Shown: piece by piece, positions 47,680 through 57,598 of the stretch
Position numbering within the stretch: the first letter of the stretch is position 1
Layout: each line of letters begins with the position of its first letter
Source of the DNA: a virus
Taxonomy: Duplodnaviria; Caudoviricetes
Virus record (IMG/VR): IMGVR_UViG_2574179762_000001
Span: 32,001-96,000 of that record
Reading direction: 5' to 3' (one strand)
DNA: 64,000 nt
Translations under genes and position numbers: made by a program
Notes under the pieces: model-generated
Seen by the model: the letters and a program-made list of their open reading frames with translations, nothing else
What the model was told of the DNA's origin: nothing
Database searches by the model: none

Positions 47680-49206
47680 TCAAGCTGGAGGCACAGGCTC
47701 TAGTGGCGCATCGGCGGCAGCAGGCGCACCTCCTTTAGTGTTGGCGAAATCTGAGGCCAGCACCAGCCCCTTGTCGGCAGCTTCCTTCCTGAACTTCGTG
47801 ATGTTTTCCAGCACGTCGTACGGATTGACGCCGCGCTTGCGCATGACCTCGACCTCGGATGCGAAGCCGCATTGCACCAGCAGCTGCCAGGCGAGCGCTT
47901 CCTTCATGGGGTCGATCCATGGCATGGCCTGGCCGACGAACATTGCATCGTCAGCCAGATCTGACGCCACATCCTTCGGCCGCGGCACAACTCCGGACAG
48001 GTCGGCGATCGCGACGAAAGCCTCCCATACTGGCTGAACGAACATGCCAGTGAACTCGTCGGTCAGCACGGCATAGTTGACCCACTGCTCCACCAACTCC
48101 TGCCGCTGAGACGAATAGGTGCCGTCGTAGTCGCGGCTGATGCTCGAGTAGCTGGCGCCGATGCCGGCTGATGCCGCGCGAAGTTGGCCCTGCCGAAAGG
48201 TGAGGACGTTGGGATTGGGGCGCTTGGTGTCTACCAGACCAATTTCCTCGCCCACCTGCAGGCCGTCGATGATCGTGCCGGGATCGAACCCGATCTCGCG
48301 GGGGATGGGGTTGCCCTGATCATCCCGCTGGACGTTCTCCGGGTTGAATCCATCCGGCGACAGCTTCTTGATGTAGGCGGTCAACCGTGCGGCCAGCTTG
48401 GCGGCTACCCGTTCGCTCTCCTCGTAGTCCTTGATATCCTCGATCCGGGTGATGACGCTCGCGAATTCAGAGACGCCACGCAGCTGGCCAATGCGGTCGA
48501 TAGCCGCCACCTGGAGCATGTTTTCGGCGGGGATACGCTTGACGTCGGAGGCGCGCGCGAGGAAGGTGCTATCGCCCGGAAACGCCTTATACACGTAGTA
48601 GCCGGTACGACGCCCCCAAGCGTTGCGCTGGATACCCTGGCGGATGTTGGCCGCCGGGTCCTCATAATCCATCGGAACCATGTCCGGCTCGAACAACTCG
48701 AGCGAGAACGGCACCTGGCTGCCATGCTGGAGGTACGGCACTGTGCCGCGCAGCAGCTGAGAGAACGCCTCCCCGTCGCGAAACCACGTCTTCGCGACTA
48801 ACCGCTGGACCTTAGCCCAGTGGTGTTCCTGAGTGACCTCGGGCAGCTTCTGCCAGTCACGCCAGGCAGCGCGCAAGTCAGCGGCATACTGCTCGTGGAT
48901 GGTGCCATCCGGACGGCGTGGCTGGGGCTCGACCCCGATTCCACCCGGCCCGACGACGTTGTTCACCAGCGTGCGCAGCATTCCGCGCGAGATGTCGTGA
49001 TTCCGCTCTAGATGGCGCGCCTGCGCACGCAGCCAAACTGCACCCTGCCGCACCAGCTGGTCTGGCGATGCCTGATTGCGATGGAACTTGCGCAGCCGGC
49101 TTGGCTGTGCGGCTTCATAGCTCGCCCGGAGAGCCGCTCGATCAAATAGACGGCGTCGCCCGGCAGTCGGATCGAAATACGCAACGAGCTGGTCGATCAG
49201 GTTCAT
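47680..49206 (-). CDS. Lambda-family portal protein
   Basis: RIGQLRGVS, YSSQRQELVE, WIDPMKE. Confidence 0.95.
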   Translation of the reverse strand: MNLIDQLVAYFDPTAGRRRLFDRAALRASYEAAQPSRLRKFHRNQASPDQLVRQGAVWLRAQARHLERNHDISRGMLRTLVNNVVGPGGIGVEPQPRRPDGTIHEQYAADLRAAWRDWQKLPEVTQEHHWAKVQRLVAKTWFRDGEAFSQLLRGTVPYLQHGSQVPFSLELFEPDMVPMDYEDPAANIRQGIQRNAWGRRTGYYVYKAFPGDSTFLARASDVKRIPAENMLQVAAIDRIGQLRGVSEFASVITRIEDIKDYEESERVAAKLAARLTAYIKKLSPDGFNPENVQRDDQGNPIPREIGFDPGTIIDGLQVGEEIGLVDTKRPNPNVLTFRQGQLRAASAGIGASYSSISRDYDGTYSSQRQELVEQWVNYAVLTDEFTGMFVQPVWEAFVAIADLSGVVPRPKDVASDLADDAMFVGQAMPWIDPMKEALAWQLLVQCGFASEVEVMRKRGVNPYDVLENITKFRKEAADKGLVLASDFANTKGGAPAAADAPLEPVPPA

Positions 49207-49208
49207 GG

Positions 49209-49436
49209 TCAGCGATCCAGTCTGGCGTTCAGGAAACGGATGCCGCCGGAACCCGGCACGCCGGCGGCCTGGGCCTGCTCGTTGGCCACACGAGCCTCCC
49301 ATTCCTGCCTCCCCTTCCGGATCTCGGAAAGGTCCTCCATGCGCAGCACACGGTCGCCCAGCCGGGCTTCCTTGCCTTCGAGAATGGCCTGCTCGGCGGC
49401 CAAGTACTTCGCGAGCATGTCAGTGGCGGTCGTCAT
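49209..49436 (-). CDS. Head-tail joining (gpW-like) protein
   Basis: YLAAEQAILEGK...DLSEIRKGRQEWE. Confidence 0.85.
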   Translation of the reverse strand: MTTATDMLAKYLAAEQAILEGKEARLGDRVLRMEDLSEIRKGRQEWEARVANEQAQAAGVPGSGGIRFLNARLDR

Positions 49437-49461
49437 GGCGTCCAATCTATGGGAAAGTGAG

Positions 49462-49490
49462 TCCGGTTTTTAGGGGAAAAAGCGGAATAT
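49462..49490 (-). promoter_or_regulatory. Prophage 2 late promoter inverted repeat, copy 2
   Basis: tccggtttttaggggaaaaagcggaatat; -10-like TAGATT downstream on -. Confidence 0.7.
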
Positions 49491-49506
49491 CTGCACTCGT
49501 CGGGGA

Positions 49507-49815
49507 TTAGGTCCGGTTGATCACCTCGTAGAAGGTGGTTTTGCTGATCCCGAATTGACGGCAAACCTCATCGCGATTCCGGCCATTGAAGGCGGCGCGG
49601 ATGGCCTCATCCCGTTCGCGCCGGTCTGGCGCCGGGATATAGACCTCCTGCCCACCCAGAAGCCGGCGCAGCCCGCGTTCGAGCCCCTCAATGATCGGCC
49701 TGGCAAGGTGCTCGAGCGGCGTGATCTCTTCCCGCACGATTGTCGTCAGTGCTCCGGTGAGGTCGATCGCGGCGTCAGATTGCGAGGCGTCTTCGTTCTT
49801 GAGGGGGTCGGTCAT
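49507..49815 (-). CDS. Mor-family transcription activator
   Basis: GGQEVYIP...RDEAIRAAFNGRN...FGISKTTFYEVI. Confidence 0.88.
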   Translation of the reverse strand: MTDPLKNEDASQSDAAIDLTGALTTIVREEITPLEHLARPIIEGLERGLRRLLGGQEVYIPAPDRRERDEAIRAAFNGRNRDEVCRQFGISKTTFYEVINRT

Positions 49816-51812
49816 AGGCGGCTGCTCCAGTCGTCTGAGGCAATGGCAGTTCTTCTGGCAGGTGGTCGAGGTGCTGCCGGCGCGGCCGCCACGGAAGGCG
49901 TCGCGGTGCGCGCCGACGAGCCAGCTGGCTGGGACCGTAGGCGCTGTTCCAGCTGATCCCAGTATTTCGCCGCCTTACGGGCCAGATCGAAGTGGGTCTC
50001 CAGCCAGACGGCGTACACGGTGCAGTCCCAAGCCTCGACCCGCTTCCGGGTCGCCGTCCATTTGGATTCCTCGCCCCTGGCCGTCATCTTCGTGGTGCGC
50101 TGCTCGCCGGCCATCTGGCGAAAGAACTCGTCCGAGAGTTCGTGCGAGAAGTGCATGTAGCCCGGGCCAGGCCGGGGAATGTGGAGGCGGTTGTAGATCA
50201 GGTCCTTGGCGTGGTTCGTGCCAACGTGCCAGAGCTGCACGCCGTTGCGCTTCACGCGGCCGCGCCAGTCGATGTCCACTTTTGCCACGCCGTCCTTGAT
50301 GTGCTTCTCCCGGCCAGGACGACCGGCGACGGCAAACACCTTGCGGCGGGCATATTTGGCTGCGTAGGCATAGACCGCATGCGTATTGTGACCGCGAGAG
50401 TCGATGGCAGCGCCTTCTATGTAGAGCGTGGCGCCAGACTCGTGGGTGAACGGGGTGTCGAACAGGTACTCTGTCAGGTCATCCCAGACCTTGTCCTGCG
50501 CCGGATTCCCGAAGAACACCTGGTGATCAACCACCCATTTCTCGCACCCGCGGCCATAGGCCCACACCACCACCTCCAGCCGGTTATCCTGCGTATCCAC
50601 GCCTGCGAGCAACTGCAGACCTCCGAGCGGCACCCACCGCAGTGCATAGGGCTCGGCGCGCTGCTTGATCTCGTCGACGTCGGTGCGCTCGACTTCCTGC
50701 TCCCATGCCTCGCCGCGGGTGGTGTTGACGAACGCCTTCAGCTTCGACATGTCGCCTGTCTGGGCCTTCTCGTTCGCTGCCAGGAACTCGCGCACGATAT
50801 CTGACCAGGCCACGGCCGGACTATAGGCGGTCCAGACCCCGAGAAATGCGACGTGACGGGGCGGCCGTACCACCTTGCCCTTCGCATTGCGAAACACACC
50901 ATCGTGGCTGATGGTGGTGCCGTCATCCGACTGGTACCGACCCTGCTCCCAGACGCGCAAGTAGTCGGCCTGCTGAATCAGCGCGCCACAGTGAGGGCAC
51001 AGGTGGCGCACGGTCTCCGGGTCGTCGTTTGTCCACTTGAACCCGTGCGCTTCTTCCTTCCCGCCCCAGGTGATCGGGTGGAAGGTGTCACATTCCGGGC
51101 AGGCGATGTGGTACCGGAACCGTTTCTCGGCAAGCTCCACCCGGCGCTCGATCAGCGACAGGCCCTTGAGCTTGGGGGTAGAGCCGCACACCAGCTTTGG
51201 GAAGGTAGCGCCCTCGGTACGCTTGGCTGCCAGCGTGACCGGGTCGCCCTCCTTCTCGACATCGCTGTCGAACGCGTCGAGCTCGTCGAGATACGCCACG
51301 TCCACCGAGATCCGGCGGTAGTTCTTTGCCGCCTTCCCGCCGCGCAGGTGGAGCATGGAGCCGAGAAATTTCTTGGCCTGCAGCGTGTTGTCCTTGTGCC
51401 TGGCGAGGAAGGCCGGGAAGATTTCGCGCATCACCGCCACATCGCGCAGCATCGGCTCCAGCTCGGTCTTGACGAACTCGTCGCGGTCATCGTCGGCCGG
51501 CTGCCAGAGCGCCTGGTTCCGGCGCCGGTGATGGGCGAAGTAGCCCACCGCGGCGAGGATCATCTTCGTGTAGCCCACCCGGGCCGACTTCTGCAGGTCG
51601 ACCTCACGGATGGCGTCATTGCCAATGCACGCGAGGATGGCGCGCTGGAACGGCCACGCGCTCCATGCCTGCTCGACATAGGAGGATTCGGCCGACAGGT
51701 AGAAGTGCGCGGCCGCCCATTCCTCGAGCGTCATCGGCTCCGGCGTGCCGAACCCTGCCAGGCCTCGGCCGAGGTGGTGCGCAATGATGGGGCGATACTG
51801 AGGCGCCAGCAT
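49812..51812 (-). CDS. Terminase large subunit (GpA family)
   Basis: KSARVGYTK, LDELD, GVDTQ, EAWDC. Confidence 0.95.
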   Translation of the reverse strand: MLAPQYRPIIAHHLGRGLAGFGTPEPMTLEEWAAAHFYLSAESSYVEQAWSAWPFQRAILACIGNDAIREVDLQKSARVGYTKMILAAVGYFAHHRRRNQALWQPADDDRDEFVKTELEPMLRDVAVMREIFPAFLARHKDNTLQAKKFLGSMLHLRGGKAAKNYRRISVDVAYLDELDAFDSDVEKEGDPVTLAAKRTEGATFPKLVCGSTPKLKGLSLIERRVELAEKRFRYHIACPECDTFHPITWGGKEEAHGFKWTNDDPETVRHLCPHCGALIQQADYLRVWEQGRYQSDDGTTISHDGVFRNAKGKVVRPPRHVAFLGVWTAYSPAVAWSDIVREFLAANEKAQTGDMSKLKAFVNTTRGEAWEQEVERTDVDEIKQRAEPYALRWVPLGGLQLLAGVDTQDNRLEVVVWAYGRGCEKWVVDHQVFFGNPAQDKVWDDLTEYLFDTPFTHESGATLYIEGAAIDSRGHNTHAVYAYAAKYARRKVFAVAGRPGREKHIKDGVAKVDIDWRGRVKRNGVQLWHVGTNHAKDLIYNRLHIPRPGPGYMHFSHELSDEFFRQMAGEQRTTKMTARGEESKWTATRKRVEAWDCTVYAVWLETHFDLARKAAKYWDQLEQRLRSQPAGSSARTATPSVAAAPAAPRPPARRTAIASDDWSSRL

Positions 51813-52309
51813 CAGGCGGGCTCCTCTTCGTCGGGCGCTTCGATGCCCAGATCATCCAGCGTCACGGCAGCGGCAATATTTCGCGCCTTGGCCACCTCCC
51901 GGGTGATCAGCTCCACATCGTCGGCGGACAGACTCGGCAGCCGCCGCTTGAGCATGCCGGGTATTGCTTCAAGGATCCCGGACACACGCGCGCCAGCCTG
52001 CGACAGAACCTGCTCGATGAGATGAACCGGAGCCAGCTCGCGCCGGGTGACCTCGTTCTGCAAGGCAATGCGGTCAGCCTGTTCTTTCGCCAGGCGCGCA
52101 CGCTCCGCAATCAGGTCCAGACCTTCCTCTTCCGAAGCGCGACCGGCGGCAGTCTCGCGGAGGTGCCCGCAATAGGCGAGCAGCATCTGGCGACCGGTCA
52201 TGCCAGCTACCAGGATCCCGCGCGCAACGAGGCTACTGACCGCTGGCTGGCTAATGCCGACCAGGCCAGCGAACTCTGCTTGCCTCATCTTCGCGTCGAG
52301 ATTTATCAC
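51812..52309 (-). CDS. Terminase small subunit (Nu1-like)
   Basis: QAEFAGLVGISQPAVS, ERARLAKEQAD. Confidence 0.9.
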   Translation of the reverse strand: MINLDAKMRQAEFAGLVGISQPAVSSLVARGILVAGMTGRQMLLAYCGHLRETAAGRASEEEGLDLIAERARLAKEQADRIALQNEVTRRELAPVHLIEQVLSQAGARVSGILEAIPGMLKRRLPSLSADDVELITREVAKARNIAAAVTLDDLGIEAPDEEEPA

Positions 52310-52496
52310 ATAACCCCCCTATGGCCGCGTCGTGACTAGAGAGCGCGCGAGGCTCGAATTACCCTTACAGCACTCCTCTTGGGAGTACCTTTCGTCACTT
52401 TTCGACGTTTGCACCAAGCCTGTGCGTCCGCCGGGCGATCGCTGGGCGTCTGCGTGACGGATATGTCACCTTTCGACGAGAATGGACGGGGCGCTG

Positions 52497-53312
52497 TCAT
52501 CGAAAGGCCCTCGAGTACTTGGCCAGCGCACGCGTCATCTCACCCTCGAACGCGGTACGTGCGATCTGGTCGGCCACCTCGAAGAAGCGGAAGCGCGGCT
52601 GGTAGCCTGGCGCACGCACGAACACGAGCACCGGCACAATGTCGCTGCCGTGAATGCCACGCTTGGCATAGACCCCAGACGGCAGGGTCTGCATGCGCCC
52701 ATGCATCCAGCTGCGCGCGCCTATTCGGTGCCCGCGCCGCGCCACGAAGTAGGCCACGCCGTTGATAGTCTTGAACCCGTTCGCACTGCGCCCTACCCGC
52801 TCACGTCGCTTGCGGCTCTTGTCTGTGGCATTGGCGCGATACCCCTGTTCGCCGAAGGCTCGGAGGTAACTCAGGATCTGGACGATCTGGGCGCGGCTCA
52901 TGTTGCCGTAGGCGTCTAGCTTGGCCCCGGCCGCAGGGATTGCGTACTCATCTGGCAGCATGGCGCCGATGCGCTGCAGCGCCTTCTCGAAACGCTTCCA
53001 GCCCCGGCCTCCGCCTGAGACCTCGGGCGCCAGGTACTTCACAGCAGGCGTCCCCTTGCTGGTGTCCGCCTTGAGACCCACTACTGCCTCTGGCTTGGCC
53101 GGCGTGGCCGGCTGCAGGTACACGCTGTTGATGGTGTATCGGGTGGGCCTGTCAAAGGCGCGCTGGATCTCAACGCGCTCTGCATCGCGAATCAGTCGCC
53201 CGGTCTGCGTCAACGCGACGACGCTGGCGAACGGCAGATCGCGGTTCATCAGCCGGTCGATGTCACGTATGACAGCGCCTGCATTACCACTGATGCTCAG
53301 CTTGTCGGCCAT
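52497..53312 (-). CDS. Tail completion / gpZ-like protein
   Basis: FA-x3-AL...FDRPT-x-(Y/F)T...LDAYGN. Confidence 0.7.
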   Translation of the reverse strand: MADKLSISGNAGAVIRDIDRLMNRDLPFASVVALTQTGRLIRDAERVEIQRAFDRPTRYTINSVYLQPATPAKPEAVVGLKADTSKGTPAVKYLAPEVSGGGRGWKRFEKALQRIGAMLPDEYAIPAAGAKLDAYGNMSRAQIVQILSYLRAFGEQGYRANATDKSRKRRERVGRSANGFKTINGVAYFVARRGHRIGARSWMHGRMQTLPSGVYAKRGIHGSDIVPVLVFVRAPGYQPRFRFFEVADQIARTAFEGEMTRALAKYSRAFR

Positions 53313-53315
53313 CCG

Positions 53316-53408
53316 TCAGCCCACCCGCGGCATAGGCCGCACGTCGAGCCAGACACAGACCATGATGCCGATGACCACAGAGACCAGAATCCATACGTAC
53401 ATCGTCAT
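53316..53408 (-). CDS. 30-aa single-TM peptide
   Basis: MTMYVWILVSVVIGIMVCVWLDVRPMPRVG; GAGG RBS. Confidence 0.55.
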   Translation of the reverse strand: MTMYVWILVSVVIGIMVCVWLDVRPMPRVG

Positions 53409-53583
53409 CACCTCGAAAAGAAAAAGCCCGCCGAGTCGCCTCGGACAGGCAAAGCCCACATCGTGGGAGGAGACACAGGTTGCGGCGCGCGTGCACGCGC
53501 CCCAGAAGCGGCGTGGCAGAGCGAAAGATTCCCCGGTGCTTTCACTTTGTTCCCCGTTGCAAAACCGTCAATGCCAGCCAGCG

Positions 53584-53883
53584 TCAGCCTCCGTTGAGCT
53601 GCGCCAGCGTTGCGTCGAGCAGATCCAGTTCCGTCATCTTGAGGATCCGCAGGTATGTCTTGTCTCCATGCACCCCGTTCTTGCCCTGGTGGCAATCCAA
53701 GTGGCAAAGCGGGATGACTAGGTGATTTCCGGCCCGCTGCGCTCCACCCTGACCCGTGCGAATGTGGTGCGCGTCGGTGGATGATTCCTGCCGCCGGTCC
53801 AGCAGCGTGCAGCAGATGCAAGCCATCTTCTTAATCCGGCCCATGTAGGCAAGTTCCGCCTTGGTCGGTGCCTTTTTGCTCAT
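53584..53883 (-). CDS. Ref/DUF968 HNH-like nuclease
   Basis: ACICC...AHHIR...IPLC-x-x-x-CH. Confidence 0.8.
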   Translation of the reverse strand: MSKKAPTKAELAYMGRIKKMACICCTLLDRRQESSTDAHHIRTGQGGAQRAGNHLVIPLCHLDCHQGKNGVHGDKTYLRILKMTELDLLDATLAQLNGG

Positions 53884-54317
53884 GCAGCCTCCCCTGGGAA
53901 CAAGCCGGTCTGCTGCGCGTGCAGCGGCTCCACGACGATCTCGGCGCGGGGATTGGCGCGGTCTATGGAATGGAATACGTGCTTCTCCCGGACTTGCCGG
54001 TCATTGACGTAGACGCCGCGCTGGACCAGCAGCCGCTTGTCCCCCTTCCCCGAGTACCGTGCCTGCATCACGTCAAGCAGCACGGATTCGTCCAGGTCGG
54101 GCCGCTCGCTGGCGTAGAACAGGTGCAGCGTCACCCGCACCGGTCCCTCCAGCATCTGGCGCGCGGCTGGCGGAATCTGGCGCAGGGCATCGCGCTCGAA
54201 CTTCCGAGCTTTATCCGACTTGATGCTGGCGGGCCGGTGCCTGATCGTGACGATCTTGCGGCTGTTGGCCTTGCTGGCAGCTTCGCCGATGATGGTGAAG
54301 GCAATTCGGGTCGTCAT
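53880..54317 (-). CDS. RusA-like Holliday junction resolvase
   Basis: SKANSR, RPDLD, NDRQV, NPRAEI. Confidence 0.85.
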   Translation of the reverse strand: MTTRIAFTIIGEAASKANSRKIVTIRHRPASIKSDKARKFERDALRQIPPAARQMLEGPVRVTLHLFYASERPDLDESVLLDVMQARYSGKGDKRLLVQRGVYVNDRQVREKHVFHSIDRANPRAEIVVEPLHAQQTGLFPGEAA

Positions 54318-54574
54318 GCCCCATGCCTCCGGCGCGCAGCGAACCACCCACAACGGGCGCTCGTTTCGTCCATCCACTGGCACGGCGCGACATCGGTCGG
54401 CCAAGTTGGCGTGCGAAACCAGGTCTCAAATGCTTGCCAAGCTTCGGCTCGGCGCGCGGCCTCCCAAGCAATGGTCGCCTCGCACTTTCGCGCTTCGAGC
54501 CTTCGGATGCCATCGTCATCGCCGCAGTGGTTCAGGCAGTCGCAAACCCGCAGGGAGATCGATTGGCCCGTCAT
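54314..54574 (-). CDS. Phage hypothetical protein
   Basis: CDCLNHCGDD; coupled on both sides. Confidence 0.55.
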   Translation of the reverse strand: MTGQSISLRVCDCLNHCGDDDGIRRLEARKCEATIAWEAARRAEAWQAFETWFRTPTWPTDVAPCQWMDETSARCGWFAARRRHGA

Positions 54575-55014
54575 GCGCCCCCTTCAGGTGCGCTCATGGC
54601 GGCGCGGGCCTTGTTGCACTCCGCAATGGCTTCATGGTTCACGCCATCGGCCGAGGGCTTCGGCTCGGACAGCTCGATCCTGGCCACGGCGTAGCGCTTG
54701 CCCTTGGCGAGACCGAGAGCATTGAACAGGTACATGGCCTTGTCTGCGCCGGCCCGTTCGCTATGCGGCCCATCAACCGGGCGACCGGTGCCGTATTGAT
54801 CCACCTCTGCCAGCCACCACTGCGCATCGACCACCTTCCCGACGGTGGGCTGGGCGCGCTTGTTCCAGGCGTCGATAGCCTGGCCCCCAGTGCGACGGGG
54901 TGACCCTTCAGCGCCGCAGCTGTAGCACCAGGCAACATAGAGGGGACCATCAATTGCTTTCGTCCCGGTGTCCTGTCTGCCGCAGAACGGGCAAGGCAGC
55001 AGTTTGTCAGTCAT
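54571..55014 (-). CDS. Lar-family restriction alleviation domain fusion
   Basis: LLPCPFCG...CYSCGAEG...AIDAWNKR. Confidence 0.8.
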   Translation of the reverse strand: MTDKLLPCPFCGRQDTGTKAIDGPLYVAWCYSCGAEGSPRRTGGQAIDAWNKRAQPTVGKVVDAQWWLAEVDQYGTGRPVDGPHSERAGADKAMYLFNALGLAKGKRYAVARIELSEPKPSADGVNHEAIAECNKARAAMSAPEGGA

Positions 55015-55297
55015 GGCTCTTAGCTCCCTCGGTTGGTGCAATGTCGTAATACACCAAGTAGTCGGGCCACTCTTCCGCAAGCGATTCGGCGTGGCCCTCA
55101 TCGTCGTCCTCTACTACCACTGCGACGCACGTGGGGTAGAAGTCCGGGTTACGCCCTTCAGCTGCTATCTCTGCCTTGCGCCGCGCCGTCTCGACGGTCC
55201 AAAACCGGTTGTATGCCGCAGCCACACGCTCAGCCTCTTCTCGGGAGGGGGCCGCAACCATGTCGTCAATCCCTTGGATATGAAGCCAGATCGGCAT
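55007..55297 (-). CDS. Phage hypothetical protein
   Basis: LHIQGIDD-x-x-AAPS; AAGGA RBS. Confidence 0.7.
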   Translation of the reverse strand: MPIWLHIQGIDDMVAAPSREEAERVAAAYNRFWTVETARRKAEIAAEGRNPDFYPTCVAVVVEDDDEGHAESLAEEWPDYLVYYDIAPTEGAKSHD

Positions 55298-55313
55298 GTC
55301 AGTTGTCCTTGAG

Positions 55314-56030
55314 TCAGTCGCAGCTGCTGGAGCTACCGCTGTCCGACGAGGAGTAGCTGTCCGAGGACGAGCTGGATCCGCTATCCCAGTTGCCCGAGGC
55401 GCCGCCCCCATCGAAGGAACCGCCGCCGCTAACCGGGGCATCCCAGCGCGAGCAGCTGGCCGGCGCGGGGGAATCGTCACGGGAAGCCAGCAGCATCGCC
55501 GCCGGCAGCAGCATGGACATACCGTCATCGGCATTGCTCGAGCTGCTCGCCGTCGGCGACGCCCCGGCGGCCGTCACTTGCCCGGCCGCGGGGCGCTGCT
55601 CGGAGCGGGTCGAATTGCCAGCAATCCCTTTCTGGGCTCGAGATTGGGGTGCTGCTCGCGAGGCTGCGGCGGCCTTTAGTCGATCGCGCTCGAACTTGAT
55701 TTCGCTTCGCTCGAATCGCACTGATTCGATGATGCTGTCGAGAACTTCACGGTACTCGCTCTCCGGAACGTCGGTGAAATCGTATTGCCTGGTGCTCGCC
55801 GACCAGATCTCATTGCCGATACGTGGGTACTGCCCAGGCATGTACGGCTTTGGAAGCTCCAAATCCCACACGTACACGATTTCACCGATGCGCGTTGTGT
55901 CTTTCCATCCGTCGCCATTGATCTTGCCAACGCCTTTCAGGATTCGTGGCATGCGCGTTGGCGGCAACGTACCGGAGCTCGGCTGCGCGTTGCCGAACAG
56001 GCGCGCGAAAAGCTTGCGAATCGCTTTCAT
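55314..56030 (-). CDS. Phage protein with a G/S-rich tail
   Basis: SGGGSFDGGGASGNW plus poly-S. Confidence 0.75.
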   Translation of the reverse strand: MKAIRKLFARLFGNAQPSSGTLPPTRMPRILKGVGKINGDGWKDTTRIGEIVYVWDLELPKPYMPGQYPRIGNEIWSASTRQYDFTDVPESEYREVLDSIIESVRFERSEIKFERDRLKAAAASRAAPQSRAQKGIAGNSTRSEQRPAAGQVTAAGASPTASSSSNADDGMSMLLPAAMLLASRDDSPAPASCSRWDAPVSGGGSFDGGGASGNWDSGSSSSSDSYSSSDSGSSSSCD

Positions 56031-56803
56031 TTGACCTCCTTGCTGGCGCGCTGATCATTGGTCGCCTCAGCGGCGGCGAGCATGGCCCGGTAATCGTCAA
56101 TGGCGGCGTCCAAGTCACCGCCCCAAAGAGTCCCGTCCAATTCGTGCTGCACCGTAAATGGCGGGTCATGCTCCATGCCTCGGCAGCGGCGCAGGAACTG
56201 ATACCGCTCGCTGCTCTTCTCCACCTCCGCCCGCGAGGATGATGCGCGGGAGAGGATGGCGCGAATTTCCGCCTTGCATTCCTCTGCACGCTCCATTGCG
56301 CTGCCATCATCGAATCGGCCGCCGACAACAGCCCATGTGCTGGCGAACTCCTGAATCTTGGTCATGACGGCGTCAACGTCCAGCCCCTGCGCCACGGGAA
56401 CGGCAGGCGCGGCGGCTCGAAATTCCATGGTGCCAGGCGGCATGCTGCCGTCCACCACCACGTCGAACCCGAACAACTTTTGCGGCGCCTCGCCTTGCGG
56501 TTGCTGCGCCAGGGCGGCACTGGCGGCCTGGGCCTTGAACAGCGCGCGCGAAAGCCAGCGGATGCGGTCTTTCACCGCCGTCATCCATACGATCGGCATG
56601 AATGCCTTGCCCGCGAGCAGATCGTCCAGGCTCGGCCGGTGGTCGTAATTCATGAAGGCGCCGTTCGCCAGCTCGTCGTCGGTCAGATTGCCCAGCGTCA
56701 GCGCCGCGCGCTCGCGGTCGTAGTAGTCGCCGTGCGGATCGTCCTCGCCATTCACGCGCCAGGTTGCGGCCGGCGTGCTGGCCGCTTTGTTCTGTTCGCT
56801 CAT
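56027..56803 (-). CDS. Mosaic (Ea22-like) phage protein
   Basis: WRVNGEDDPHG...KDRIRWLSR; ERYQFLR...LDAAID. Confidence 0.75.
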   Translation of the reverse strand: MSEQNKAASTPAATWRVNGEDDPHGDYYDRERAALTLGNLTDDELANGAFMNYDHRPSLDDLLAGKAFMPIVWMTAVKDRIRWLSRALFKAQAASAALAQQPQGEAPQKLFGFDVVVDGSMPPGTMEFRAAAPAVPVAQGLDVDAVMTKIQEFASTWAVVGGRFDDGSAMERAEECKAEIRAILSRASSSRAEVEKSSERYQFLRRCRGMEHDPPFTVQHELDGTLWGGDLDAAIDDYRAMLAAAEATNDQRASKEVK

Positions 56804-57078
56804 GCCGTCACCTCGTCGAGCTGCTCGTCATGCACGGGCACGCCGCTGATCGGACGCAGGTCGGCGTCGTAGCAGTCGCCCTTGGTGTCAAAGGAGGACT
56901 CCCACGGCCGGTCTAGCTCCTGCACGCGGATCGGACCACCTTCGACCTTGCAATGCCAGGCCGGGCCGTCGTCGAGCCAGAGCGCCGGCGCAACCACACG
57001 CACCACGCGGCCAATGTTCTCGGGGTAGCTGTCGCGCACGATGTAGGCGACATCTCCAACTTTGCAACGAGGTTTCAT
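56800..57078 (-). CDS. Phage hypothetical protein
   Basis: CKVGD-x-A...DADLRPISG. Confidence 0.75.
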   Translation of the reverse strand: MKPRCKVGDVAYIVRDSYPENIGRVVRVVAPALWLDDGPAWHCKVEGGPIRVQELDRPWESSFDTKGDCYDADLRPISGVPVHDEQLDEVTA

Positions 57079-57257
57079 GCTGCCCTCCGCAACTTCTTGG
57101 CCTTCCGCTCCCGCTTTGCCTCTGCGGCGGCGATGGCGTCACGGTCTGCCTGGGTGAGTCGGCCCGGCTTGCTGGTCTGGGGTTTCGGCTTGTGCACGGC
57201 GGCGGCGCCGAGGGGCAGAGCCAGCAGCGCACCAATGGCGTTGAGAATGAGCTTCAT
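57075..57257 (-). CDS. Small basic protein
   Basis: AIAAAEAKRERK; coupled. Confidence 0.6.
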   Translation of the reverse strand: MKLILNAIGALLALPLGAAAVHKPKPQTSKPGRLTQADRDAIAAAEAKRERKAKKLRRAA

Positions 57258-57598
57258 GCGGGTACCTGGTCGAAACGGAGGTGGCGGCGGGCGGGCAGGT
57301 CGATCTCTGCGAGGCGAATGCCGAAGTAGGCGAGCAGCTGCGCCACGGGTGCGGTGATGTCCCGCGATTGGGGCTGCGGCTGGGCGGGCTCCCGCTCGGC
57401 GTTCTGCGGCAGCGCGTCCGGATCCACCAGCACCCAGATGCCGCGCGCCTGCTGAGCAATCGCCCCCGCCTGCTCGAGCAGCGACAGGTTCTTGTGCACC
57501 AGCTGGCGCGACACGGAGAGCTTCTCGGCGAAGCGGGCTGCGATCACCTCCTCGCCGCGGCGGAAGGCTTCGATCAGTTGATGACGTGCGGTCGTCAT
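57254..57598 (-). CDS. wHTH protein
   Basis: FAEKLSVSRQLVHKNL. Confidence 0.7.
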   Translation of the reverse strand: MTTARHQLIEAFRRGEEVIAARFAEKLSVSRQLVHKNLSLLEQAGAIAQQARGIWVLVDPDALPQNAEREPAQPQPQSRDITAPVAQLLAYFGIRLAEIDLPARRHLRFDQVPA

